64,000 nt of DNA from Octopus bimaculoides (taxonomy: Eukaryota): assembly GCF_001194135.2 (NCBI RefSeq), contig NC_069003.1:13458189-13522188 (forward strand), written 5' to 3'. The notes below the pieces were generated by a model, which was not told the origin of the DNA, did not search any database, and was given only the letters and a program-made list of their open reading frames with translations. This document shows, one piece after another, positions 51,835-63,811 of the stretch. Made by a program: the position numbers and the translations under genes. Numbering within the stretch: position 1 is the stretch's first letter; every line of letters begins with the position of its first letter.

Positions 51835-52725
51835 TGTCATGCATGAAATCAAGATTCCTTAGAAGTGACAGCAATGTGTCATCTAGCCAGGGTTCCAAGA
51901 CCTCCTTCAGGAGATTGCAGTAGGTGGCTGCAGTTACTTTAACCCCTTCAGGCAACCTGACTGGGCCAACAAGTCTGTCCCAAATCATACCAGCCCACAA
52001 CATGACTCATCCACCCTGTTGTTGACATCGTAAATGTTGGTGATGCTCGTCTCCAAAATAGACCCAACCAGCAGTTCCATCAAAGGTCACCCTGGTTTCT
52101 TCATTGAACAGAACACAACTCATGTCTGATGTCAGATACTTTTGGGCCCATTGAAGCTTCAAACTCCTGTGACAGAGCGTTAAAGGAGGCAGTTTCAGGG
52201 GTTCCAAGGTCCCAAGGATGCGATTTCTGGTGATTTTTTGGTAAATGAGGAAGTCTGGAGGCAGTGGAAATGGCTTTGCTTGTTTGTCCAGTTTTCCCAC
52301 GTAACTTGCAGCTGATATTCTTTAAATCCCTAGCTGTCACAGTCTTGGAGGTCCCACAATCAGATTGTTTCTTCCTTGGCGAAGGGTCCTTCAGGAATCA
52401 TCTAACCATGTCCTAACTTTTCCGCAATGACATGAAGAGAGGTGCCTTTAGCACCTTCCTTGATGATGACAGACCTTTCTTCATTGCCAAGGCCTTTTCC
52501 ACGTCCCATTGTTCTTAGAGAGGAGAGATGCTATTAGTGTGGTTCACCCAAAAACTGCAGAATCTGAAATAAAAAAGAAAGGACGTTACACAGAATAATG
52601 AAAACATAACAATGGTGTTGCCATAGGGTGCAAACCAGCTGGGAGAAGTTTTATCAAAACCAATTCACAGAAAACCGAGAATTCCTAAATTTCACTCCTA
52701 AGCTATTAGCATGGTTCTGGGTGTG
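51830..52725 (-). mobile_element. Decayed Tc1/mariner-superfamily DNA transposon (TRT/DD37E-like), transposase pseudogene truncated at the HDNA motif
   Basis: ATG at 52509 (MGRGKGLGNEERSVII..), then frameshifted blocks TARDLKNI, WAQKYLTSDMSCVLFNEETRVTFDG, RCQQQGG, MLWAGMIWDRLVGPVRLPEGVKVT, DFMHDNA; family assignment from memory of Tc1-like transposases. Confidence 0.85.
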
Positions 52726-52727
52726 TA

Positions 52728-52765
<38 letters not shown>

Positions 52766-52892
52766 TTATAAAATCTGGTAATTAGTCATATATTAATTAA
52801 TATCGAATAATTATCAGGAGGCCAGCACATCTAAAGAATCAAAGGGATTCAGAAATATTATCTGCAATCTCAGGGGATTAAGGTACATTAAA

Positions 52893-53018
52893 AAAAATAA
52901 CGTTGACCACTAACGTGGACAGTTAATGCGCTAGAAATAGATCACAGTCTTAATAGACAGAAGATGTGATCTATTTCTAGCGCATTAACTGTCCACTTTA
53001 GTGGTCAACGTTATTTTT
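52893..53018. repeat. Near-perfect 54-bp inverted repeat with 18-nt loop
   Basis: 52893-52946 versus 52965-53018, one mismatch. Confidence 0.9.
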
Positions 53019-53019
53019 A

Positions 53020-53094
<75 letters not shown>

Positions 53095-53340
53095 CATTAT
53101 TAGCAATGGAAGCAATACTAGTTCAGAAAAGCGTTCTGTAGGTTTTACTTAAAGTGGATATACTGTAGGGATCCACAATATTGCAGTCAGTACCAGTCTT
53201 GATAAAAAAAAGCATCTCGTATAGACTTATAGGGCTAAAATGTAAAGAAGTGCATCAGCTGCAGATGAAAAGCGTTCCTGGAGTGACATTGTTATGTATG
53301 AGAATGAATTAAATGCATTTCTGTCTTGATTTCTTTGCAG

Positions 53341-53430
53341 CTGGACAGTGTACTTCAATACAGCAGTGTTTGAGCAAAACTGGGTCACAAACTTCAATCA
53401 CTCAAATCACTGGCTATCTTTGTCCACGTT
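53341..53430 (+). other. Candidate downstream/terminal exon (may extend to AATAAA at 53625-53630)
   Basis: Strong acceptor tttctgtcttgatttctttgcag| at 53340, gtaagt at 53431, non-repetitive sequence. Confidence 0.35.
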
Positions 53431-53885
53431 GTAAGTGTCCAGATTTTAAAACACACTTGAATAGCTGTAGTGAAAGTGATCATTTCCATAAGGATGTTAC
53501 AGAAACGGTTTTTGTAATGCATTTTGCCTTCATTAAATTCTAGAAGATGCAGTTAATACGCATTATTCAATTAAGTCTTTTTTTTTTATATGTATGTATG
53601 CATGCATATGTGAGTAATTGTGTAAATAAATAATGTGTGTGTTTGTATGTATGTTTGTGTATGAGAGTATTTGTATATATATAGACGTGTTTGTATATGA
53701 GCACTTATATAAATATATATACATATAGAGAGAAACAGATGTGGACAATTTTATATATATATGTATGTGTGTGTGTGTGTTTGTATATATACTATTAATA
53801 TTTAGCAGAAGAAACAAGGGCTGGGAGTTTCATGTGTTGGTATTTATCAAACTTATCAGTCCTTGAGTCACTCTATTGCTTCTAA

Positions 53886-54046
53886 CAGGCATGGCTTTGT
53901 GGTAAGAAGCTTGCTTCCTAACCACATGGTTCTGGGTTCAGTCTCACTGCGTGGCATCATGGGCAAATGCCTTCTACTATAACCTCAGGCTGACCAAAGT
54001 CTTGTGAATAAATTTGGTAGACAGAAACTGAAAGAAGCCTGTCATG

Positions 54047-54077
<31 letters not shown>

Positions 54078-54297
54078 GTAAGTATGTCTGTGTTTGTTCC
54101 CCCCACCATTGCTTGACAACCGATGCTGGTATGTTTAAGTCCCCGTAACTTAGTGGTTCAACAAAAGAGAATGATTGAATATGTACAAGGCTTACAAAGA
54201 ATAAGTCCTGGGGTTGATTTCTTCAAGTAAAACCCTTTAAGGCGGTGCTCCTGCATGGCTGCAGTCAAATAACTGAAACAAGTAAAAGAATAAAAGA

Positions 54298-54300
<3 letters not shown>
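53886..54300 (+). mobile_element. SINE family A
   Basis: Family consensus. Confidence 0.85.
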
Positions 54301-54374
<74 letters not shown>

Positions 54375-57300
54375 TAAAGCACAAGGCATCATACATTAGA
54401 ATCTATAAGATAAATTTAATGTAGTTAAACCTACAGCTTAAAGCCTTGCTCTGAAATGAAGATAAATGTAAACACATCTGGCTAACTTTAAACCAATTTA
54501 GCTGTTCATCTTACATGTTATCAACAGCCCATTGCTTTCCTTTACACGAAATCTGAACTTTCTTCCAACTGCCAGCAGTGGGATTAATTCACTGGTAATG
54601 TCTTCCCAACCACATGATTCCAGGTTCAGTCCCCCTGTGTGGCACCTTGGGCAAGTGTCTTCTACTATAGCCTTGGGCTAACCAAAACCTTGTGAGTGGG
54701 TTTGGTAGACAGAAATGAAAATGTACTGTCACAGAGGTCACCTGCCTTGGTGAGGTGAATATCTCTTTGAAAATCAAATAGAAAAAGGACAACTTTGGAC
54801 AACTGCTTTGAAACCTCCAGCTTCTATGACCAATTTGTAAATTCACTTTATACCAATAATAACTGGTTCACTAAATGCCTAAATAACAATCTAGATAAGC
54901 TAGGATTTTCAAAAAAATCAACCAGCTAATTCACACAAATACAATCTGTAAGTAGAACAGTAAAAATATGCAAGACTTTTTTAAAGTTTAAAATATGAAT
55001 TGGATTTTGTTATTCTACATTTCAATAATGGAACAGCATGCTGGGTAAAATGTTTAGCAGCATTTCATTTGTCTTCACGTTCTGAGTTCATATTCCACCA
55101 GGGTCAAGTTTACCTTTCATCCTTTTGGGGGTCAATAGATTAAATACTAGTTGGACACTGGAACCGATGTAATTGGTTTACCCCATCCCCTAAAACTGCT
55201 GGCTTTGTGCCAAAATTTGAAATCATTATCATTATTATTGATATCATCATCATTATTATTAGTAGTAGTAGCAGAACCTGTGAATATTTCACGGAATTAA
55301 TGGTATACCCATTGGGTTATTTCTGAAAACTTTATCCCAAAAACCTGAAAGCGTAGACTGTGTTGTGTCTGTATCAAAAGATTGTCACTCATCTGCTAAT
55401 CATTGAAAAGTGAAGAAAATTGGCAAATCATGATTACTTAATGCATTTTATATATACACTTTATATACTTTATGCATATTTTTATAGACTAAATACACAG
55501 CACTCATAAAATAAATATTCACTCTTATTTTTCCACTTTCCCCATAAACAAACAAAAAATATCCTGTACATATGATACAACCTTTAGTTAAACTGCATAT
55601 ATCTGCCACATAAATAAGCGTGAATATTTCACGGAATAACACTTATGCATACATGTTAAGTAACAAGTGGTATAAAAAAATTAGTTCAATTAAAAAAAAA
55701 CACTTTTCACTATCCAATCACCACCACCATCGTCATCTTTCTTCCTCTCTCTCNNNNNNNNNNNNNNNNNNNNNNNNNNNNNNNNNNNNNNNNNNNNNNN
55801 NNNNNNNNNNNNNNNNNNNNNNNNNNNNNNNNNNNNNNNNNNNNNNNNNNNNNNNNNNNNNNNNNNNNNNNNNNNNNNNNNNNNNNNNNNNNNNNNNNNN
55901 NNNNNNNNNNNNNNNNNNNNNNNNNNNNNNNNNNNNNNNNNNNNNNNNNNNNNNNNNNNNNNNNNNNNNNNNNNNNNNNNNNNNNNNNNNNNNNNNNNNN
56001 NNNNNNNNNNNNNNNNNNNNNNNNNNNNNNNNNNNNNNNNNNNNNNNNNNNNNNNNNNNNNNNNNNNNNNNNNNNNNNNNNNNNNNNNNNNNNNNNNNNN
56101 NNNNNNNNNNNNNNNNNNNNNNNNNNNNNNNNNNNNNNNNATCATGTGAAAGCGTTCCAATTACATTCCCTCTACTTCACATCATGGACACTTCTCTCTC
56201 CTTCTTTTTCTTCTTCCCTCTTTTCCTCTCTCCCACTTCTTCTCTCTCTCTTTTTCTCTAATCACATGAACACATTACCAACAGGCTAAGTAATGCAATG
56301 ACAAGCAGAATTATTATAAGATTATTATCAATAATAAGGCAGCAAGCTAGCAGAATCAATACCACGCTGGACGAGATACTTAGCGTCTGCTGGGGTTGAC
56401 TTTGCCTTTCATCCTTAGGGGTCAATAAATTAAGTACCAGTGAAACACTGGGGTCGATGTAATCAACTAGTACCCCCACCTAATTTCAGGCCTTGTGACT
56501 TTAGTAGAAAGGATTATCATCATCATCATTATTATTAATAATAATAATAATAAAGCAGTGAGCTGGCAGAACAGTTAGCACATTGGGTAAAATGCTTCCC
56601 ATTCTGAATTTAAATTCTGCCGATGTCAACTTTGCTTTTCATCCTTTCAGGGTTGATAAAATAAGTAACAGTTGAACTCAGGAGGGGTCGATGTAATTGA
56701 CTTACCCATTTCCCCTGAAATTTCTGGCCTTGTGCCAAAATTTGAAATCATTATTATTACTATTGGTTGGATTTCCCGCCTATTGGGGAATTTATTTGTT
56801 TGAATTCTATTGTTAATTGTTTTTGTTTGTTTACTGCTTACACGCATCATCTAAATAAACCTCTCTGTCCCTTGTTTGTTTTATGTAATATCCTTTTGTT
56901 TGTTTTTTTTGTGTGGGTCCTTGTGGCCAATAAAGTATTATTATTATTATTATTATCATTATTATTATCATGCATGTCNNNNNNNNNNNNNNNNNNNNNN
57001 NNNNNNNNNNNNNNNNNNNNNNNNNNNNNNNNNNNNNNNNNNNNNNNNNNNNNNNNNNNNNNNNNNNNNNNNNNNNNNAAAAAAAAAAAAACTCCAATTA
57101 CCACTTCATGAAAGTTTAAAGAACCCGATAAAATCCATCAAGTTCCGGGGTTCAATCCCATTATGCGGCATACTGGACCAGCGTTTTCTACAATAGTCCG
57201 ATGATGTGAGAGCTAGAGTTTAGTACCCCGCTTATAAAGCAGGCCCAAATGCTCTGGCCCCATAAAAGCATCGTGCAGAGCTATGCTACTGTTGAAAAGT

Positions 57301-57476
57301 TTACAGCAATGGTTCTCAACCAGGATACATATGGCCCTTGTGGGGGTCCATAAAAGATTTTGTTGTTTAAGTTTATCTGCAATAAATTGCTTATACTTCT
57401 ACAATATTCAAAATATTATTTTTTAAAATACAATTCTTAATAATATTTAAATATAAAAAAATCGAAGCATTTTTTT

Positions 57477-57850
57477 AGGCGTTCGCCTGGCTGTGTGGTA
57501 AGAAGTTTACTTCCCAACCACATGGTCCTGGGTTCAGTCCCACTGCGTGACACCTTGGGTAAGTGTCTTCTATTATAAACCTCAAGCCGACCAAACCCTT
57601 GTGAGTGGATTTGGTTGACTGAAACTGAAAGAAACTTGTCGTGTGTGTGTGTCCACCATCACCACTTGACAACCAGTGTTGGTTTGTTTACATCCCCGTA
57701 AACTAGCATTTCGGCAAAAAAATCGATAGAATAAGTACCAGGCTTCAAAAAATGAGTGGGGTCGATTCATTCGACTAAAATAAATTCCCCAAGGCGGTGC
57801 CCCAGCATGGCTCTAGTCTAATGACTGAAACAAGTAAAAGATAAAAGAGA
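57477..57850 (+). mobile_element. SINE family A
   Basis: Family consensus. Confidence 0.82.
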
Positions 57851-58879
57851 ATGACTACGGAGGTCTAGGGAAGTAAAATAGACATCAAAGGGATTCATAG
57901 GCAAAGAATGAACCAGATTTAGAGTAATGGGAAGTTATATGCCTTGCTGAAGGACACAATACACCGCCTGTTCCAGAAGTTGAACCTAAGACCTTATGAT
58001 CGTGTGCCCAACACCCTAATCGATAGGTCATGCACCTTAACAGTTATCTATAATGACCATGAAAGGAGTCGCAGTTAACGTGACAGGTACGAAGTAGATG
58101 AGTACAATACAGTGAACAACCTCCAATAGAGATTACAGTTAAAATGACAGATTAAAGGAAAAAAGGCGAGGGGTGGCATAAGTGAAACGGTAGAGGGTGA
58201 TAAAGGATGGAAACGTATGAAAACACACAACTACGTACGTACATATATAAAAACGATCATTCATACCTGCCATCTCTGAAGAGCATAAGATGGTAGATAA
58301 ATGTCCTGTTACCTAATAATAGTCACTGCGAAACCTGTTAATAAGATGGGCTGAAATGGATCTATAATACTGTAAATTTTGGTTAATATACCCACTCTAT
58401 TGACAACTCATGTGACTGCCTTCTTTTTCTCGCTTGCGAATGAAGGATATATAATAACAGTAATTCTAGGATGGAATTTATAAATATTTGATACATTGCT
58501 ACGTACATTTCCACCAATCACATGATTTCGACATCAGAGTCGCTATCCTTGGGATTAGTACAGTATAGTCCGTATTATCTGAGGATATCCGGCTAATCAT
58601 CATCATTGATGACTCATTTCATAAAGTGATTTGTGGAAACGTGCGTAGCGATGTATTAAATACTAGCTGATGTACCCAGTAATTCCCGGGTAAGCGGGGC
58701 TTATCCCTTGGTTCCGTTCTCATAATTGTTTCGCTAATCCTATAACAACAATACAAAGTATGTAGCCCTTAAAACGGTTTTTGTGCATTTACAGAGAATA
58801 CCGAATTGTCTTACACAGGATCTTGTTTTTAGGAATTTCCAATAAGTTATGAATCCCCAAATTGTGAAGTCAGTTATGT

Positions 58880-59029
58880 AATCACATGAAATTAGTTGTC
58901 CGATAGTAAGAATTCAAATAAAGTAGCCCCGTATCTGTAGATTCTATCAAATTTTGAAAATGAAATGTATTTTAATAAATACCTACTTTACAACTATTTA
59001 AAGTAAGCATACATTTTTTGGGACACCCT
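58880..59029. mobile_element. Tc1/mariner-type DNA transposon terminus
   Basis: ttttgggacaccct|atata end resembles a CAGGGTGTCCCAAAA TIR abutting TA. Confidence 0.5.
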
Positions 59030-59466
59030 ATATATATNNNNNNNNNNNNNNNNNNNNNNNNNNNNNNNNNNNNNNNNNNNNNNNNNNNNNNNNNNNNNNN
59101 NNNNNNNNNNNNNNNNNNNNNNNNNNNNNNNNNNNNNNNNNNNNNNNNNNNNNNNNNNNNNNNNNNNNNNNNNNNNNNNNNNNNNNNNNNNNNNNNNNNN
59201 NNNNNNNNNNNNNNNNNNNNNNNNNNNNNNNNNNNNNNNNNNNNNNNNNNNNNNNNNNNNNNNNNNNNNNNNNNNNNNNNNNNNNNNNNNNNNNNNNNNN
59301 NNNNNNNNNNNNNNNNNNNNNNAGGACAGAACACAACGCGCCGCCGGGAATCGACCTCACGATCGTGAGCCGAATACTCTACCCACTGAACTACACGCCT
59401 TCACGCACGTATGCACGCGTACATGCATAATTGGGCGAGTGTTTAAGTCGATATAAATGTTGATTC

Positions 59467-59497
<31 letters not shown>

Positions 59498-62020
59498 GCG
59501 TGCGTGTGTGTGTGTGCGCGCGCGCGCGTGTAAATACACTTACGCAGCCACAGCATTAAAGAACGTGATCCACCCTTATTTACGAAAAAAGTTAACCTAC
59601 AGGTAGACAAATAAACACGATTCCTGTTTATATATAAATACAGAAAATGTGTTAAGATTTTATTTGTCGTGGTTATAAAACGCAAGAGCAACTTTGTTAG
59701 TCTTAAAGTTTGTCAAGCAAAGTTGTTTCGGTCGTTCTTTCTGTTTGTACACAACACGACAATTATAATCAACAAATCGTCTTTTATCAGTTTTAACGCT
59801 ACAGAGGGCAAAGTAAATAGCCTTCGCTTTTAATGTATCCTACTTAGAGGGCACAGGATATGTATACATACACACACGCGCGCAGATATATAAATACATT
59901 ATATATGTATGTATACACACATACATATTAAATGTTGTTATTCTTCAACTTGCTTTAAAAACAACCTTAAATTAACATTTATTTCACATTTGATTCCCAA
60001 TTCTAATAATTTTTATATTATACGTCTAATTATTTCTTTGTATGATAGTGCTCAGTTGCTTAGCAAATATTGCTTTCATTATTTTATCGCAGTCATAATC
60101 ATTTTTTTAAACAAGCATCACGGTAGTCCAACAACAGAAGTGGGGCAGTTTGTTACGCTTTACCTTCCTCTCAAAGCAACACAGAGATTTCAATTCAGCA
60201 GCCCATCTGTAAGCTTTGCAGGGTGCGTGTGTGAGAGAGAGATCGTTGCAAACAATGAATGAAATAAACATGAAATGAAAAAAAATCGTATAAATTAAAG
60301 GGCATTAGTACAGATATATACGCTCCCGACTTTGTTGCCTCATAACATTCTGAAAAATGGATACTTTTTAACAAAATTTTCTACAAATACCGCTTAGATG
60401 TTGTGGCTTCAGAGTATATAGGGATTTATGGGAAAGAATTTTTCCAAAGGGGTGAAGAGAGGAGTTTCGGAAAATTCACACAATCTGACTTTTTCCCCCT
60501 CATAACTTTCAGGAAGATAAGTATCTTTCAAAGAAAATTTATACAAATCCCTTTCAAATGGCATAGATTACGATTATAAAGAAATTTGTGGGGGAAATTT
60601 TTTCAGGGATTTCCCCCACTTTTAAGGCCTCAGCCTTCGAAATGATGGGGTTGGGGTATCTTTGTATGAAAAAAGTTTTGAAAACTCTTNNNNNNNNNNN
60701 NNNNNNNNNNNNNNNNNNNNNNNNNNNNNNNNNNNNNNNNNNNNNNNNNNNNNNNNNNNNNNNNNNNNNNNNNNNNNNNNNNNNNNNNNNNNNNNNNNNN
60801 NNNNNNNNNNNNNNNNNNNNNNNNNNNNNNNNNNNNNNNNNNNNNNNNNNNNNNNNNNNNNNNNNNNNNNNNNNNNNNNNNNNNNNNNNNNNNNNNNNNN
60901 NNNNNNNNNNNNNNNNNNNNNNNNNNNNNNNNNNNNNNNNNNNNNNNNNNNNNNNNNNNNNNNNNNNNNNNNNNNNNNNNNNNNNNNNNNNNNNNNNNNN
61001 NNNNNNNNNNNNNNNNNNNNNNNNNNNNNNNNNNNNNNNNNNNNNNNNNNNNNNNNNNNNNNNNNNNNNNNNNNNNNNNNNNNNNNNNNNNNNNNNNNNN
61101 NNNNNNNNNNNNNNNNNNNNNNNNNNNNNNNNNNNNNNNNNNNNNNNNNNNNNNNNNNNNNNNNNNNNNNNNNNNNNNNNNNNNNNNNNNNNNNNNNNNN
61201 NNNNNNNNNNNNNNNNNNNNNNNNNNNNNNNNNNNNNNNNNNNNNNNNNNNNNNNNNNNNNNNNNNNNNNNNNNNNNNNNNNNNNNNNNNNNNNNNNNNN
61301 NNNNNNNNNNNNNNNNNNNNNNNNNNNNNNNNNNNNNNNNNNNNNNATATAGGCGTGGCTGTCTAGTAAGAAGTTTGCTTCCCAACCACATGGTACCGAG
61401 TTCTGTCCCATTGCCTAGTATCTTGGGCAAGTGTCTTCTACTATAACCTCGGGCCAACCAAAGCCTTGTGAGTGTATTTGGTAGGCGGAAACTAAAAGAA
61501 TCCCGTCGTGTGTGTATATAAAAATGTGTGTGTGTTTGTGATTGTCCCCTGCACCATCACCACTTGATTGGCAAAAGATAACTACAGAAGAAATACCAGG
61601 CTTTTCAAAAAACCGTAATTATTACTGGGTTCGATTCATTCCATGGAAAATTCTTCAAGGCAGTGCCCCAGTATGGCTGCAGTCTAAATACTAAAACAAG
61701 TAATAGATAAAACATATATACATACATGCGATCGCAGCGCAGAAGACACAAGTTAGCCATTCAGAAACACGCAACAATGGTCAACTTCACTGAAACATTT
61801 ATTGTTTGTAACATAGTGTCAAAATTTTTGTATCTCTGCGACTTGGTTACTGACATACTAAAACCACGCACTTTTATGACTATATACGCAAGGTTCTGGG
61901 ATGTTTTCTTTGCTCTTGTTTTTGTTCCGGTTGGCTGCTCATAGCTGGTTAGTTCTCATTGATTTTTTGTGCCATGGAGAAAATTCAAATATGAATTAGA
62001 AGCAGCTCGAGGTATATAAA

Positions 62021-62298
62021 CAAAATCGAACACACATACACAAGGTGTGTGTGTGTGTTATTGGTTCATGGGTCGGCTGCGTTTTAGGCGTAAGAGAATA
62101 TGTTCTCAATGCGCCTGGTGTTAAAAGCACCTGAAAGTAAGTCATTGGCAAACGAGACAACTCGCATCAAGTCCCTTTCTTAGAGTGACAGACATCGATG
62201 TTTCATTATTGTTGTGAGAACATATTGTCTTACACTTAAAACGCAGCCGACCCACAAGCTAACAGCACATACACCTTGTGTATGTGTATTCGATTTTG
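62021..62298. repeat. Inverted repeat, about 85-bp arms, 106-nt spacer (MITE-like)
   Basis: 62021-62108 versus 62215-62298. Confidence 0.8.
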
Positions 62299-62480
62299 AC
62301 TTTTGGTATCTTTCCAGCTCTAATAAAATATTTTACTATACTTTTGGCACTCGACTATTATTTTTCCACCTTGCTTTGCACTTATGTGCTCATATGTATG
62401 CATGTGTGTGTGGGTGTGGGTGTTGCTTTTTATGTCTGTTTTTCCATGCTATCATGCAAAAACAATTTTTAAAAATAAAA

Positions 62481-62617
62481 TCCTGGGGCGTAATCCACAC
62501 TCATTCAACCAAGATTTGAAGTAGGAATAAAAACTTGTCATCTATGTAATTTAACGGCAGTGTAAGTTATTCATTCTTCAAAGCATGGTTGAATAAATGT
62601 GGATTACCCCAACAGGA
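62481..62617. repeat. Small MITE-like element with about 35-bp TIRs (GGGG..CCCC ends)
   Basis: 62485-62521 versus 62576-62610. Confidence 0.7.
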
Positions 62618-62980
62618 AACCAAGGGTACTGGAATGTGTTTTAGTTAAAGCTTCGGCTTTAAACCTGCCCTTTAGAAGTTGAAATATGTCACAAACATAT
62701 TTTAACGAACCTAAACACACGCGCGTGCGCGCACGTGTGCCTTGTCATTTGCTTTCAATATAAAAAAAAGACTCGTCCCAGTCTACGGCACTTTTGGCAA
62801 GTGTCTTCTACTATAGCACTGGTCTGACCAATACCTTGAGAATGAATTTGCTAGACGGAAACTGTGTGGAAGTCTGTCGTGTATGTATATGTGTGAGTGT
62901 GTGTGTGTGTGTGTGTGAATACGTTTGTCATTCTGAGTCTGTATTTTTTTCCCCTTACAGCTTGACAACCGGTATTGGTT

Positions 62981-63012
<32 letters not shown>

Positions 63013-63713
63013 TAACCTGCAGGATCCCTAGAGGTAGGCCAAGAACAAAATGGTTGTGTATGTCTTTGCATCCGTATTTGTCACTCACCACTGCTTGACA
63101 ATCGGTCTTGACGTTGTTGACGACCCCGTTACTTAGCGGTTTGACATAAGTAACCGATATAATAAGTACCAGACATCAAAATAAGCACTGGAGTTGATTA
63201 GTTCGACTAAAACTTTTCATGGCCGCGGTCTAATGACCGAAACAAAAGAATGAAAGAATATATACTAATATATATATATTCTCTCCGTTTGCGTATTTAA
63301 CTCGTTTGTTTTCGTATTTCATGTTGTTTACACAGTTGGTGACGACCTGTACCCATATATGCATATGTGTGTGTATGTATTTGTTATTTGTGCCCGTGTT
63401 TGTCCCCCCACTATCGCTTGACAACCGATGTTGGTGTGTTTACGTCCCCGTCACGTAGCGATTCGGCAAAAAGAAACCAATAGAATAAGTACTAGGCTTA
63501 CAAAGAATAAGTCCCGGGGTCGATTTGTTCGATTAAAAGCAGTGTTCCAGCGTGACCGCAGTGAAATGGCTGAAACAAGTAAAAGAATAATATATATATA
63601 TGTAGTGAAACTACCTATCGTCACTAGATACAAAACTACTATCGCCATTACATACAATCTTCTCATTTAAATATAAATAAATGCGAGCGTAGTAGAGAAC
63701 CCATTCCTTGTCC

Positions 63714-63811
63714 ATCACGTGACTGATCATTATTCGAATCGGCAACTTCTTCGAACCGTTCCCGCCAGAACGCAAACTGACCAATCACGGCCCCTAATAA
63801 GGTCACGTGAT
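63714..63811. promoter_or_regulatory. Probable core promoter: E-box ATCACGTGAC (63714-63723), CCAAT box GACCAATCA (CCAAT 63781-63785), E-box GTCACGTGAT (63802-63811)
   Basis: Motifs read directly; CpG-rich context; followed by a GC-rich leader and an ATG. Confidence 0.65.

Noticed and set aside
58661-58850. tactagctgatgtacccagtaattcccggg resembling a Helitron-type terminus
   Set aside because: Only a short degenerate motif; no matching other end identified
63451-63666. Hydrophobic 71-aa minus-strand ORF (signal-peptide-like MAIVVLYLVTI)
   Set aside because: Runs into (TA)n and SINE sequence, and splicing to the 59596 candidate exon gives an immediate stop; kept only as part of the promoter finding
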